The notes beneath the pieces are model-generated. The model did not search any database, was not told where the DNA came from, and saw only the letters and a list, made by a program, of their open reading frames with translations. The translations under genes were made by a program, and so were the position numbers. From positions 1 through 35,439 of the forward strand of contig CAZPJY010000020.1 in the NCBI GenBank assembly GCA_964587045.1: a stretch of DNA of 35,439 bases, read 5' to 3'. Positions 15,989 through 25,075 of this stretch are shown here, piece by piece; position 1 is the first letter of the stretch; each line of letters opens with the position of its first letter. The DNA is from an uncultured Methanosarcinales archaeon. Lineage in GTDB: Archaea > Nanobdellota > Nanobdellia > Woesearchaeales > CAZPJY01.

Positions 15989-18900
15989 AAAGAACGACTT
16001 GGCTCTTCCTAATCGCATGCTTGCTCATCCCGATAGTCCACGCCCTCCCACAGCCCATAATCATTTACGGAAACCTGACAGGACCCTGCGTCATCGGTGC
16101 AAACATCTCATGCACCTCCTATTGGGGAGGTTTCATGGGAGACACCAGCCGAATCTACCAGGAGGACTTCTATATTACAGACGGGTCCTACTTCAATCCT
16201 TTCGGTAAAGCTGTCATGTACGTCTGCTCATTGAACTACCTCGACGACCTCTGGCCAGGGGGCACGCCGTGGGGTGCCGATATCGAGATCAATGTCTCGA
16301 ATCCTGCCTGTGGTGCCAGCTTCTTTGGCGAAGTCCTCCAGTATAACCAGACCTCAAGCTTCGAGAAGTACGTCAACGTCAACGCCACATCCACATTCAC
16401 AACAGACATCCCGGTCAATAGCTCCTTTACCAACGACAACACCACCTTCCTGGACTGGACTGTTGATTCGACCGATGCCCTGAACTACACGCTGTTCATA
16501 GATGATGAGATTTCAGTTTCCTCACCGTTCGTCCAGCAGATTGCAAATATTGGTGCTTCGAGTTATACTCTGAACAGCAGCCAGGCGCTACCCGACGATG
16601 ATTATTACTGGAGGGTCCTCGCCTACGATTCGAGGGGCTATTGGGCCCAGGTCTCGGGGCTGGGGATCTTCACTGTCACCACGATACCGCCAAATATCAC
16701 CAGCGTAAGCCCGGCTAACAGGACTTGGAGGAACAACCCAAACGTCGCCTTGCAGGTCACCACGGATAAACCAGCGGAATGCAGGTATGCCAACAATTCA
16801 GGAGTGCCGTTCGCAAACAAGGCAGTGATGGCTGGAGGGGGGACCCAGATCCACACGGCAAATGTCGTTTTGCCAAACCAGGGACCGCACAACGATTACT
16901 TCTTCCAATGCAACGATTCGGCAGGCAACCTCAATCCAAGCGAGGTCCTGCTCTCCCTTTACCTCGACTCGATGGCTCCGGATCCGAGCAACGCGAGCGT
17001 GTTAATAGCGGGAGGCGCATACTATGCAACATCCACGACTCTGACATTCACATGGAGCGGGTTCACCGACCCGGGATATCCTGAGAACTCAACCAACATC
17101 ACCAGTTACATCTACAGCTTCAACAACAATGGAGGCACGGCTATAGGCACATTCGACCCATCATCTCCGGGATCGCTCAGCAGCGCACCGCAGGGCAATG
17201 TAAGCGTCTACGTATGGGCCAGGGACTCCATAGCCAATTACGGACTCGCCGTGTCCGATTGGATCTACGTCGACTCTATCGCACCGCAGTTCGAAAACAT
17301 ATCTACCTCCCCAATGAGCCTGTGGTTCAACTACACAGGCAACTACACCGTCACGCTAACGATAAACGATAACCTCAACGGGAGCCCTGCCTTCAGGTAC
17401 TGGATTGGGAATGACACCTCGACGATCTGGGCCAACATGACCTCCTTGGGAGGGAACAATTACAGGATCTCGGTACCAAACCAGGCGGCCCCAAACGACT
17501 GGTTCAACCGCAGGAACGAATACCTCAACATCGAAATGAACGCTACCGACGTTGCGGGCGTGATCAACACGACAGTGCTACAGGCACTGATCAACATAGA
17601 CAACACGGCACCGGTTATGGGCATCGTAGGTAACAAGGTGGCCTACGAAGACCAGCTCCTGAGGTTCAACGTGACCGCATCAGATGCCGAGAACAACACA
17701 TTGACATTCACTTCGAACCAGACTGGCATATCAGTAGTGAAGTACACCAACAACCTAGCGGGATACAGCTGGACACCAACAGCAAGTCAAGTTGGGCTGC
17801 ACGCGGTGAACATCTCAGTAAGCGACGGTGTGCTGCATGATGAGGAGATAATACTGATAACAGTAATCGAAACCAACGACGCTCCGATCCTTGAAGAGAT
17901 GGGGACCCTCACAGCCTATTTGAGCCAGTACTTCGAATACCAGATAAACGCTTCAGACCCAGAAAATGACCCAATGTTCTACACAAGCAACTCGACCCTG
18001 TTCAATGTAGACTACTACACTGGGCTGATAGGCTACTACCCTCAGCTCGCAGATGCAGGAAGCTATCACTTCAACTTCACGGTCGAGGACGACCAAGGGC
18101 TCGCCGATTCAGAGATGGTCACCTTCAACGTAAGGTACTGCGGAGACGGAATCTGCACATCCTACTACGAAAACGTTTCAGCCTGCCCGATGGACTGCGA
18201 AAGCAGTGCGGTACAAGAGCAGCTCGCGGTCCTGATCTACCCTAGGAACTGCATCAACAGCAGTTTCCAGATAAAGTCTGTGAAGCTGGTCGAGCGGGCC
18301 ACCTGCGACGTCAAGGGCAGGATAATAAATGGTATGGAAGTCTGCGGCAACATGAGCGATGCGACCATCAAGGTTTACAACTACACCAAGGACAAGTACT
18401 TACTTTATGACGAGATGATAACCGACTCCTACGGCGACGCTTCCTTCTACCCTGAGAGGTTAGGATGGTACAAGATTGAGGTCGCAAAGGGAGGCTATAC
18501 GACTGTCTTAGGTTACGCACACGTCAACGACTGCATAATGCTCGGCAGGAACGAACCCACAATCCCCATCAGCACCACTGAGCCGGAAGAGACTAAGGAG
18601 CCAAGCAAGCCGTCCGTGATAGAAAAGCCTGAAGCAGAACCGGGAGAGACAATGTGGCAGCTTGTCGGGGACGTACTGATAATGGTGGCAGCTCTGGTTC
18701 TGCTCCCGATAATAATAGTCTTAGGAGCGCTGGTTGGCGCGTATTACATCATCGCCAAGTACTTCCCGAAAATAAGGCAGAAGGTCGACGAGTACATAGA
18801 AAAAGCGCTCTTTGCAATCAAGCTGAAATACCTCAGCGCAGTACTTGGGTTCTATGACCCGAAGCTGAAGCGGTTCGGCGTGGTTTACAGGAACTGGATG

Positions 18901-19269
18901 TTTTACAGGGTTGGATTCAAGGGGAAATGCATACTGCTTTCGAAAGACGAACCCCTAGGCAAGATTGCTGACACGTCGATTATCATGGTAAACCCGTGGA
19001 AATACAAGATTGTCAACTATGCAATCAAGGAGCCGAAGGCAGAACCTGACAATATACTGATGCGAGTGGAGTACGGACGCAGGGGGCTCATCTTCTCATA
19101 TGAGGACATGATCCCTGTGAAAATCATCATATCAGAAGAGGATGAGCTCGAGAAAAGGGTAAAGGAAGCCGTCCTTAACAGGGGCTGGATTAAGGCCGCG
19201 ACCGGTTTCGTTTCAACCAGGTCCAAGGCCATCTTTCTCCAAATGAAGTCCTATCTCACTCGGAAGTGA
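15985..19269 (+). CDS. Large type I membrane protein, ~1094 aa: Ig/FN3-like domains, two cadherin-like repeats, CGDGxC...CPxDC motif, TM helix, ~170-aa cytoplasmic domain
   Basis: ATGA overlap with the regulator; signal peptide MKRTTWLFLIACLLIPIVHA; NTAPV...EDQLLRFNVTASDAENNTLTF and NDAPIL...INASDPEND; YCGDGICTSYYENVSACPMDC; long hydrophobic segment at ~18660-18750. Confidence 0.85.
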   Translation: MKRTTWLFLIACLLIPIVHALPQPIIIYGNLTGPCVIGANISCTSYWGGFMGDTSRIYQEDFYITDGSYFNPFGKAVMYVCSLNYLDDLWPGGTPWGADIEINVSNPACGASFFGEVLQYNQTSSFEKYVNVNATSTFTTDIPVNSSFTNDNTTFLDWTVDSTDALNYTLFIDDEISVSSPFVQQIANIGASSYTLNSSQALPDDDYYWRVLAYDSRGYWAQVSGLGIFTVTTIPPNITSVSPANRTWRNNPNVALQVTTDKPAECRYANNSGVPFANKAVMAGGGTQIHTANVVLPNQGPHNDYFFQCNDSAGNLNPSEVLLSLYLDSMAPDPSNASVLIAGGAYYATSTTLTFTWSGFTDPGYPENSTNITSYIYSFNNNGGTAIGTFDPSSPGSLSSAPQGNVSVYVWARDSIANYGLAVSDWIYVDSIAPQFENISTSPMSLWFNYTGNYTVTLTINDNLNGSPAFRYWIGNDTSTIWANMTSLGGNNYRISVPNQAAPNDWFNRRNEYLNIEMNATDVAGVINTTVLQALINIDNTAPVMGIVGNKVAYEDQLLRFNVTASDAENNTLTFTSNQTGISVVKYTNNLAGYSWTPTASQVGLHAVNISVSDGVLHDEEIILITVIETNDAPILEEMGTLTAYLSQYFEYQINASDPENDPMFYTSNSTLFNVDYYTGLIGYYPQLADAGSYHFNFTVEDDQGLADSEMVTFNVRYCGDGICTSYYENVSACPMDCESSAVQEQLAVLIYPRNCINSSFQIKSVKLVERATCDVKGRIINGMEVCGNMSDATIKVYNYTKDKYLLYDEMITDSYGDASFYPERLGWYKIEVAKGGYTTVLGYAHVNDCIMLGRNEPTIPISTTEPEETKEPSKPSVIEKPEAEPGETMWQLVGDVLIMVAALVLLPIIIVLGALVGAYYIIAKYFPKIRQKVDEYIEKALFAIKLKYLSAVLGFYDPKLKRFGVVYRNWMFYRVGFKGKCILLSKDEPLGKIADTSIIMVNPWKYKIVNYAIKEPKAEPDNILMRVEYGRRGLIFSYEDMIPVKIIISEEDELEKRVKEAVLNRGWIKAATGFVSTRSKAIFLQMKSYLTRK

Positions 19270-21509
19270 TGCTGATGCACTCGACCAGGGGAGAGGGAGG
19301 TGTAGGTGTGCTTTTGATTTTCATAGTCACACTCATAGGAGTGGCAGCCGCTATCGGAGTCCTGTATTCCAGCTCAGAAGACGCCCAGCAGGACATGCTA
19401 ACTGACGCAAAAGGGATGAGGAACTCCCTCGTGGCAGGACTGAACATCCTCCAGGTAATGGGCAGCAACGGCGCTCTAGGAGAGCTGCAGAACGTGTCGT
19501 TCATCCTGGGTCTCGGGCCCAACTCCGGAACCATAGACCTAAAAGATGTGACAGTGCTGCTCAACACCGAGCACGGAAGCACCACCTTGGCCTACCGGGG
19601 CGCTGATGGCATAGTTGACCTCGGAAGCGATGGCTTCGACACCCTAAACGCCATGGACCTGTCCGAACAGAGGGTCAACCAGATAGAATACGGGACTGTG
19701 GACAGCAAGTTCCTGTCCCTACCCATAAGCATTAATCCTGACGGTACTTTCGATCCTGCTCCGACTTTTGGGAATGTTTACGTCTACAACAGCCTCTCCA
19801 ACCAACAGAAGCCCCGCCTGGTCTCTGACTCGACGGACAGGCTGCTCGCGGTATGGGAGGACTATTCAGGAAACCCGGACATCTTCGCATCATTCTCAGC
19901 CGATTACGGCAACAACTGGAGCGCTCCAGTGGCTGTTGACAACACGGCCTTCGCCCAGTACACCCCTGACATCGCAGTATCGGACGACGATGTCTTCTAT
20001 GTCGTGTGGATGGAGAGCAACGCTGTAAGAATATCCAACAGCACCGACGGCGGCGTGTCATGGAGCATCCCGGCCCAGGTCAACACCGCTGGGACCGGGA
20101 CAGATCCTGCGATAGCGATTAGGTCGGATGGCAGGATATTCGTTGTGTGGGATGCGGGCAACGAGGTCTACATGTCCTACTCAGACAACGGCGGCGGGAC
20201 ATGGCAGCCCCGCATACTGATAGACGATGGGGGCCAGCTGCAGAACTACCCAGACATCGACGTCGACTCTGAAGGGGATGTGGTCGCGGTCTGGGAGGAG
20301 AGGATAAGCCCCGCCAACTACGACGCGATGGTCTCCAACTCGAGCGACGGAGGCAACACATGGAGCCCGAGCGTGACCATACACGACGCATCCCTCACGC
20401 ATCAGTTCAACCCCGAGATATCGATAGCCGGCACCAGGATCCAGGCGGCATGGGTGGACTACCGCGGCGGCAATCAGGACATTTACTCAGCCTATTCGGA
20501 TGACGACGGGAGGACGTGGTCCAACAACCAGACTGTGCACACGGTGACTGTGGGAAACCAAAGGGACATGAGCATCAGCACAAGGGGTGACATGACAGCC
20601 ATCCTGTTCGAGGGCGGTGTCGGGACATACAACATCTTCATGGCCATCTCATATGACGGCGGGGATACCTGGCTCAAGGACTTGAAGGTGGACACGACTT
20701 CAGGGGTACTTTGCAACAACCCCTGGGTCTATATCGGGGAAGACGGCAACGTGAACATGATCTGGTATGACAACAGGTATGCCAGGAATGATGTGTGGTT
20801 CGACAAGTTCGGCGGCGATTTCTTCCTGATAAACAGCACCCATGCAAATTTCTACAGCAAGGACGGCCAGATGTACGCTGTGGACCTAGAGGCTGACCTT
20901 AGCTCTGTGCCCAAAAGTGTCTCAATCGAAAAGCCCATCGGACCTTATGGCTACCTGACAGTTGAGGGAACGACCAATACAGCGAACACCATAGAGCCTC
21001 AGATGACATTCAACGTAAGGGATGCTGGAACACCCATCGAGGACATAGACCTGGACGGCCAGGGCGACCTGCTGTACCTCAACACGACCCACCTGACATT
21101 CGTCATCAGCTCAGATGCATCGCCGACTGAGGTAGCACTTGGGACCAAGACGACATTCCCGCCATCGGACATTTCAGTATCCCAAAACATCGGTTCCTAC
21201 GCGAGCCTCGAAATCAGCGGCACCACAACAGGATTCTACTCCCTTGAGGGCACCACCGCGATTCTGACCCCGAAAGCAATGGGCAGTGGCTTCTTCGTGG
21301 CAGAGCCTTACGGTGTCGGTGACGACTACATGCCAGGGCACCTCAACAAGGGCGACATAGTGAAAGTCCATCTCGAGGCGGCCGAACCGCTCGCCAAGGG
21401 CGAGAAAGGCACAATCAAGGTAATCCCAAAGTCCGGGATGCCTGCGGTAGTTAGTTTCACAGTTCCGACACTTTTATATGAGGAGGACACAGTCCTGTAC
21501 ATGAGCTGA
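19269..21509 (+). CDS. Divergent archaellin-family protein, ~746 aa, with an inserted Asp-box (BNR) beta-propeller at ~19760-20810
   Basis: TRG/EGGVGVLLIFIVTLIGVAAAIGVL class III-like N-terminus; core aligns with 4518..5816 (TLAYRG...LGSDGFDTLN vs TLRYRG...LGNDGFNTYN; GxGxF...GDxVKx...IPKxGxP); six SxDxGxxW-type boxes. Confidence 0.85.
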   Translation: MLMHSTRGEGGVGVLLIFIVTLIGVAAAIGVLYSSSEDAQQDMLTDAKGMRNSLVAGLNILQVMGSNGALGELQNVSFILGLGPNSGTIDLKDVTVLLNTEHGSTTLAYRGADGIVDLGSDGFDTLNAMDLSEQRVNQIEYGTVDSKFLSLPISINPDGTFDPAPTFGNVYVYNSLSNQQKPRLVSDSTDRLLAVWEDYSGNPDIFASFSADYGNNWSAPVAVDNTAFAQYTPDIAVSDDDVFYVVWMESNAVRISNSTDGGVSWSIPAQVNTAGTGTDPAIAIRSDGRIFVVWDAGNEVYMSYSDNGGGTWQPRILIDDGGQLQNYPDIDVDSEGDVVAVWEERISPANYDAMVSNSSDGGNTWSPSVTIHDASLTHQFNPEISIAGTRIQAAWVDYRGGNQDIYSAYSDDDGRTWSNNQTVHTVTVGNQRDMSISTRGDMTAILFEGGVGTYNIFMAISYDGGDTWLKDLKVDTTSGVLCNNPWVYIGEDGNVNMIWYDNRYARNDVWFDKFGGDFFLINSTHANFYSKDGQMYAVDLEADLSSVPKSVSIEKPIGPYGYLTVEGTTNTANTIEPQMTFNVRDAGTPIEDIDLDGQGDLLYLNTTHLTFVISSDASPTEVALGTKTTFPPSDISVSQNIGSYASLEISGTTTGFYSLEGTTAILTPKAMGSGFFVAEPYGVGDDYMPGHLNKGDIVKVHLEAAEPLAKGEKGTIKVIPKSGMPAVVSFTVPTLLYEEDTVLYMS

Positions 21510-21514
21510 TACAG

Positions 21515-23170
21515 ATGAAACCTGCCTTGATACTCATGCTTCTCCTCATCATCCCAGCAGCATCAGCTTTCGACCAGGTGGTGGTCAACTCCCAGGACTG
21601 GAGGGATGTCTACGCCGGGATTACATACGGCGAGAGGAACAACATACCAGTTAATTTCATGACCGACCTGAAGAGCCAGCTCACCTTCACCCAGACCCTT
21701 GACCGGATCAGGACAGACCTGCTGCTCATACAGTCCCCGAGCGAGGTCTATGCTGTGGCATACGGCCAGGTGCTGGCAGACCTCGGCTTCCAGGTCACAG
21801 TCCTCGAGGAAGATAACAATCCTATGGAGATCATGAGGCTGCTTTCCCAGGAGAAGGGAATCAGCTCCTTCATCATATTGGACGACTCCTACGGCTACAA
21901 CAGCATATCGGTGGCTCCCTACGCGGCAGTGGCCAACAAGGGTGTGCTCTTCGCAAACAGGAACAACATCGATGATGTGAGGGGCCTGCTCGACGAGTAC
22001 GGAAATGATGTGCTCATTTATGGAGAGGTTGACCGGGAGGTCAAGGACGCCCTGTCCGGCTACGACCCAGAGGTCCTGAACTTGGGAAGCAGATTCGACA
22101 ACAATATCGAGATGGTCAGGAGATACCTTAAGGTAAAACCTACCAGCCAGGTTTTCCTGACCAATGGGGAATTCATCGAGAGGGAGCTGCTTTCAGGCTC
22201 CTATCCAATCCTCTTCATAGGCAAGGATAACGTGCCTGACCAGGTGATAGAATTCATAAATGAGGGATATTTCTCCGTCGGCGTTCTCGTCGGAAACGAT
22301 CTGCTCCAGACCTCGCTTTTCATCAAGGATCAGACCGGGCTCCACACCTTCGTCAAGTTCGCGAGGTCAGCCAGGATACCCAGTTCCCCTATCGAGAAGA
22401 TCGAGGGTCTCGACCTGCAGTACATGCCCAGGATCATGCTCTCAATCGATGTTGCATCATTGAGGTACAATTACCTGACCAAACAGCTCGAGATGGTCGT
22501 GCAGAACAAGGCTGATCTCGTGACGTATTTCCGCTCCACCATTCTCGTGAGGTCGGACGGCGAGTCCATTGCTACACTGGGGGACCCTGTGCCTGTCTTC
22601 GTCGACAAGAACGAGTTCAAGACCATCACCTACCCGCTAGAAACCCTAGGTCAGAACCTGACGGCAGAAATCCTGTTCTCGTACGGTGAGGGAAGCAAGT
22701 CGCTTGAGCAAGCCGCGCAGACCAGTCTGCCAGTTGAAAGGATTGAGATCCAGGATGACTCCGATGTGGGGATCACCGGTGCTGTGTATGCCAAGAACAA
22801 GGGCGTACTCTATGTGGTGGTCGAAAACAGAGGAGGTGTGGACGCTTACGTCGATGCAGAAGTTATTGGGCTCATCGTGGATGGCGACCCCACCACTGTG
22901 AGTGTTAGGGGTACTTATTTGGTACAGGCTCATGACTCCGCAAGGTTGCCTATTAGTGTCACCCTGACCGAGGCTGACCTTATTGACAATCCGACTGTTT
23001 CAGCACAGATCTATTTCGGCGAACGGGAGAACGTTCTGGTCAAGAGGTCATCTGCGGAGGTCAATCTCGAGATCAGCCAAGTCGATTATATTACCATCGG
23101 CCTGGTCACCCTTTCAGTTCTGGTAGTCCTGCTGATATTGCTAATTCTGATTAAACGCAGGAAGAAGTGA
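21515..23170 (+). CDS. Membrane-anchored protein, 551 aa, with CWB2 (cell-wall-binding repeat 2)-like alpha/beta repeats and two Ig-like domains
   Basis: VVVNSQDWRDVYAG, ILDDSYGYNSISVAPYAA...VLFA, LGSRFDNN, VFLTNGEF...YPILFIG..VP resemble CWB2 units; C-terminal TM plus KRRKK. Confidence 0.7.
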   Translation: MKPALILMLLLIIPAASAFDQVVVNSQDWRDVYAGITYGERNNIPVNFMTDLKSQLTFTQTLDRIRTDLLLIQSPSEVYAVAYGQVLADLGFQVTVLEEDNNPMEIMRLLSQEKGISSFIILDDSYGYNSISVAPYAAVANKGVLFANRNNIDDVRGLLDEYGNDVLIYGEVDREVKDALSGYDPEVLNLGSRFDNNIEMVRRYLKVKPTSQVFLTNGEFIERELLSGSYPILFIGKDNVPDQVIEFINEGYFSVGVLVGNDLLQTSLFIKDQTGLHTFVKFARSARIPSSPIEKIEGLDLQYMPRIMLSIDVASLRYNYLTKQLEMVVQNKADLVTYFRSTILVRSDGESIATLGDPVPVFVDKNEFKTITYPLETLGQNLTAEILFSYGEGSKSLEQAAQTSLPVERIEIQDDSDVGITGAVYAKNKGVLYVVVENRGGVDAYVDAEVIGLIVDGDPTTVSVRGTYLVQAHDSARLPISVTLTEADLIDNPTVSAQIYFGERENVLVKRSSAEVNLEISQVDYITIGLVTLSVLVVLLILLILIKRRKK

Positions 23171-23213
23171 GACAAGAATTGTGCATTACTACTTGGAAAA
23201 CCTAGTTCTTTAT

Positions 23214-23288
23214 TATACTTACATAATATGATATAAATCAAAAGATTTATATACTAATTTCTGGAATAATATACTTACATCATATGAT
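23214..23288 (+). promoter_or_regulatory. Promoter with 19-bp direct repeats TATACTTACATMATATGAT (23214-23232, 23270-23288) flanking a BRE/TATA embedded in the inverted repeat ATATAAATC-AAAA-GATTTATAT
   Basis: Read directly from the sequence; one mismatch between the direct repeats. Confidence 0.65.
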
Positions 23289-23299
23289 TAGTTGATTCG

Positions 23300-24310
23300 A
23301 TGGCAGGCCGCGCACTGACAATACTAAAGCAGGACACTATTTCTCAAGATGCGCAACTCAGCAGAGTAGTCGAATTTCTGGGCAATAAGGTTGATGACCT
23401 CAGCAAAGATAGAAAAACCTCATTCTGGAGAACCATCAAAGACATCAAGGCCCAGTACACATCTGTTCCTGTAAGTATCTTCTCTCAAGAGCAGACGGTC
23501 CTAGAAGCCACAATCGCTTACCTCAAAGACCAAAGGAAACAAACCACCACAAGCATCGCAAGAAGCCTCAAACGCGACCCCCGAGAAATCCACGCAACCT
23601 ACACCCGAGCAAAAACAAAAACACCAACCCACACGACAAAAGACACAACCCGAATACCACTGCAAATACTCGAGAAACGTATCCTCTCCCCTCTCGAAGC
23701 AGTTGTCTGGCACCTAAAAAACACACAACATCTCACCCACGCCCAAATCAGCCACATTCTCGGGAAAGACCAACGCACAATATGGACCGCCTGGAACAGG
23801 GCGAGGATCAAGGATTCTCAAGAGCCGGAAATATCCGCCTGTCTTGAGGATCCGTCCATCACTGAGATTGTACGGCAAATAGAGGAAGTCTCCGCAGATA
23901 TAGGGTCATGTTTCAATGAGTTAATGGATCAAATCATCATTCATCGAAAATCGGTACCTGCGAGCATCTTCTCTCAAGAGCAGACGGTCCTAGAAGCCAC
24001 AATCGCTTACCTCAAAGACCAAAGGAAACAAACCACCACAAGCATCGCAAGAAGCCTCAAACGCGACCCCCGAGAAATCCACGCAACCTACACCCGAGCA
24101 AAAACAAAAACACCAACCCACACGACAAAAGACACAACCCGAATACCACTGCAAATACTCGAGAAACGTATCCTCTCCCCTCTCGAAGCAGTTGTCTGGC
24201 ACCTAAAAAACACACAACATCTCACCCACGCCCAAATCAGCCACATTCTCGGGAAAGACCAACGCACAATATGGACCGCCTGGAACAGGGCGAGAGGCAA
24301 AGCAACATGA
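23300..24310 (+). CDS. DNA-binding protein, 336 aa, with four sigma70-region-4-like HTH modules (two identical pairs)
   Basis: IPxxIxxxRILSPLEAVVWHLKN...LTHAQISHILGKDQRTIWTAWNRA motif, a family I recognise as common in DPANN genomes. Confidence 0.8.
   Translation: MAGRALTILKQDTISQDAQLSRVVEFLGNKVDDLSKDRKTSFWRTIKDIKAQYTSVPVSIFSQEQTVLEATIAYLKDQRKQTTTSIARSLKRDPREIHATYTRAKTKTPTHTTKDTTRIPLQILEKRILSPLEAVVWHLKNTQHLTHAQISHILGKDQRTIWTAWNRARIKDSQEPEISACLEDPSITEIVRQIEEVSADIGSCFNELMDQIIIHRKSVPASIFSQEQTVLEATIAYLKDQRKQTTTSIARSLKRDPREIHATYTRAKTKTPTHTTKDTTRIPLQILEKRILSPLEAVVWHLKNTQHLTHAQISHILGKDQRTIWTAWNRARGKAT
23477..24294 (+). repeat. 329-bp direct repeat, identical by eye: 23477-23805 and 23966-24294 (offset 489 bp = 163 codons)
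   Basis: Base-by-base comparison showed no mismatch; the flanks diverge. Confidence 0.9.
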
Positions 24311-25017
24311 TGGATAGCAGAAAGCCTGGACGTAGCAGCCGGCGCTGGCCGGTATTGTTACTTACAGTGCTGCTCTTGATGTCGCTTGTGCTGGGAGCCC
24401 CGACACCGGTGGATACATTGGCTTCTGGTGTTCCTCAAAGCCCAGCGGTCCCGGTTGCGAATGCCACGACCGCCAGAGGCGGTGCAGTGACCCAACTTGA
24501 CATCAGCTTGTACACCCAGACGCTAGTATGGCAAGGCTATTGGGGCAGGATGGTCGGTACGATTGTGCTGGAGGACGATACAGGCGACCAGCTGTTCAAC
24601 TGGAGCAACGTGGTCTCAGGAGAGGTGTTTGCGAGCAGATCGGCTACAGTCGATTTCTCATCTATCCAATGCGCAAACGCCTCAGTCGTGTTGTCAGAGG
24701 AGACCATAACCGGGACTGGCAGTGATTCGGTCAGTAGCACTTTCACCTCTCTCTCCTCGCAAGAATTCACTGTCGGAAGAACAACATTCCTCTCAGGCGC
24801 ATGTGACTATTCAAGCTACCTCTACAACAGCAGCGCGACCAAGGGGACCTATGAAGAGGTCCTGCTCCACGACACCCAAGACATGGTCTACATGTCCATC
24901 CTAGCAGAGAACGGCCAAGCATTCAACTCAAAGAGCGCCGACTTCGAGATCATCGTCCCAGAAGATGGAAGTGATGATGTCGGGACAGATTATTACTTCT
25001 ACGCTGAATTAGATTAA
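24307..25017 (+). CDS. Secreted single-domain protein, ~236 aa, GGxVT...WQGYWG...YYFYAEL family; paralogue of 12363..13064
   Basis: ATGA overlap with the regulator; signal peptide; ARGGAVTQLDIS..TQ..WQGYWG...IVLEDDTGDQLFNWS...DFEIIVP...DYYFYAELD; conserved Cys pair. Confidence 0.85.
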   Translation: MMDSRKPGRSSRRWPVLLLTVLLLMSLVLGAPTPVDTLASGVPQSPAVPVANATTARGGAVTQLDISLYTQTLVWQGYWGRMVGTIVLEDDTGDQLFNWSNVVSGEVFASRSATVDFSSIQCANASVVLSEETITGTGSDSVSSTFTSLSSQEFTVGRTTFLSGACDYSSYLYNSSATKGTYEEVLLHDTQDMVYMSILAENGQAFNSKSADFEIIVPEDGSDDVGTDYYFYAELD

Positions 25018-25048
25018 TTCTCACTTTGTAAGAAAAAATAGATAATTA

Positions 25049-25073
25049 TTTAAATAATTTCTTACATTATAAG
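25049..25073 (+). promoter_or_regulatory. TATA box TTTAAATA (25049-25056) followed 6 nt later by TACATTATAAG
   Basis: Same motif and spacing as in the promoter of 12363..13064. Confidence 0.55.
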
Positions 25074-25075
25074 TA

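Noticed and set aside
19760..20810. Calling the propeller an active sialidase
   Set aside because: Asp-boxes are structural; no F/YRIP motif or evident Arg triad, and the blade count looks like seven rather than six.
23477..24294. Insertion sequence or LTR-like element
   Set aside because: The repeats encode in-frame HTH modules; no transposase, terminal inverted repeats or target-site duplication.
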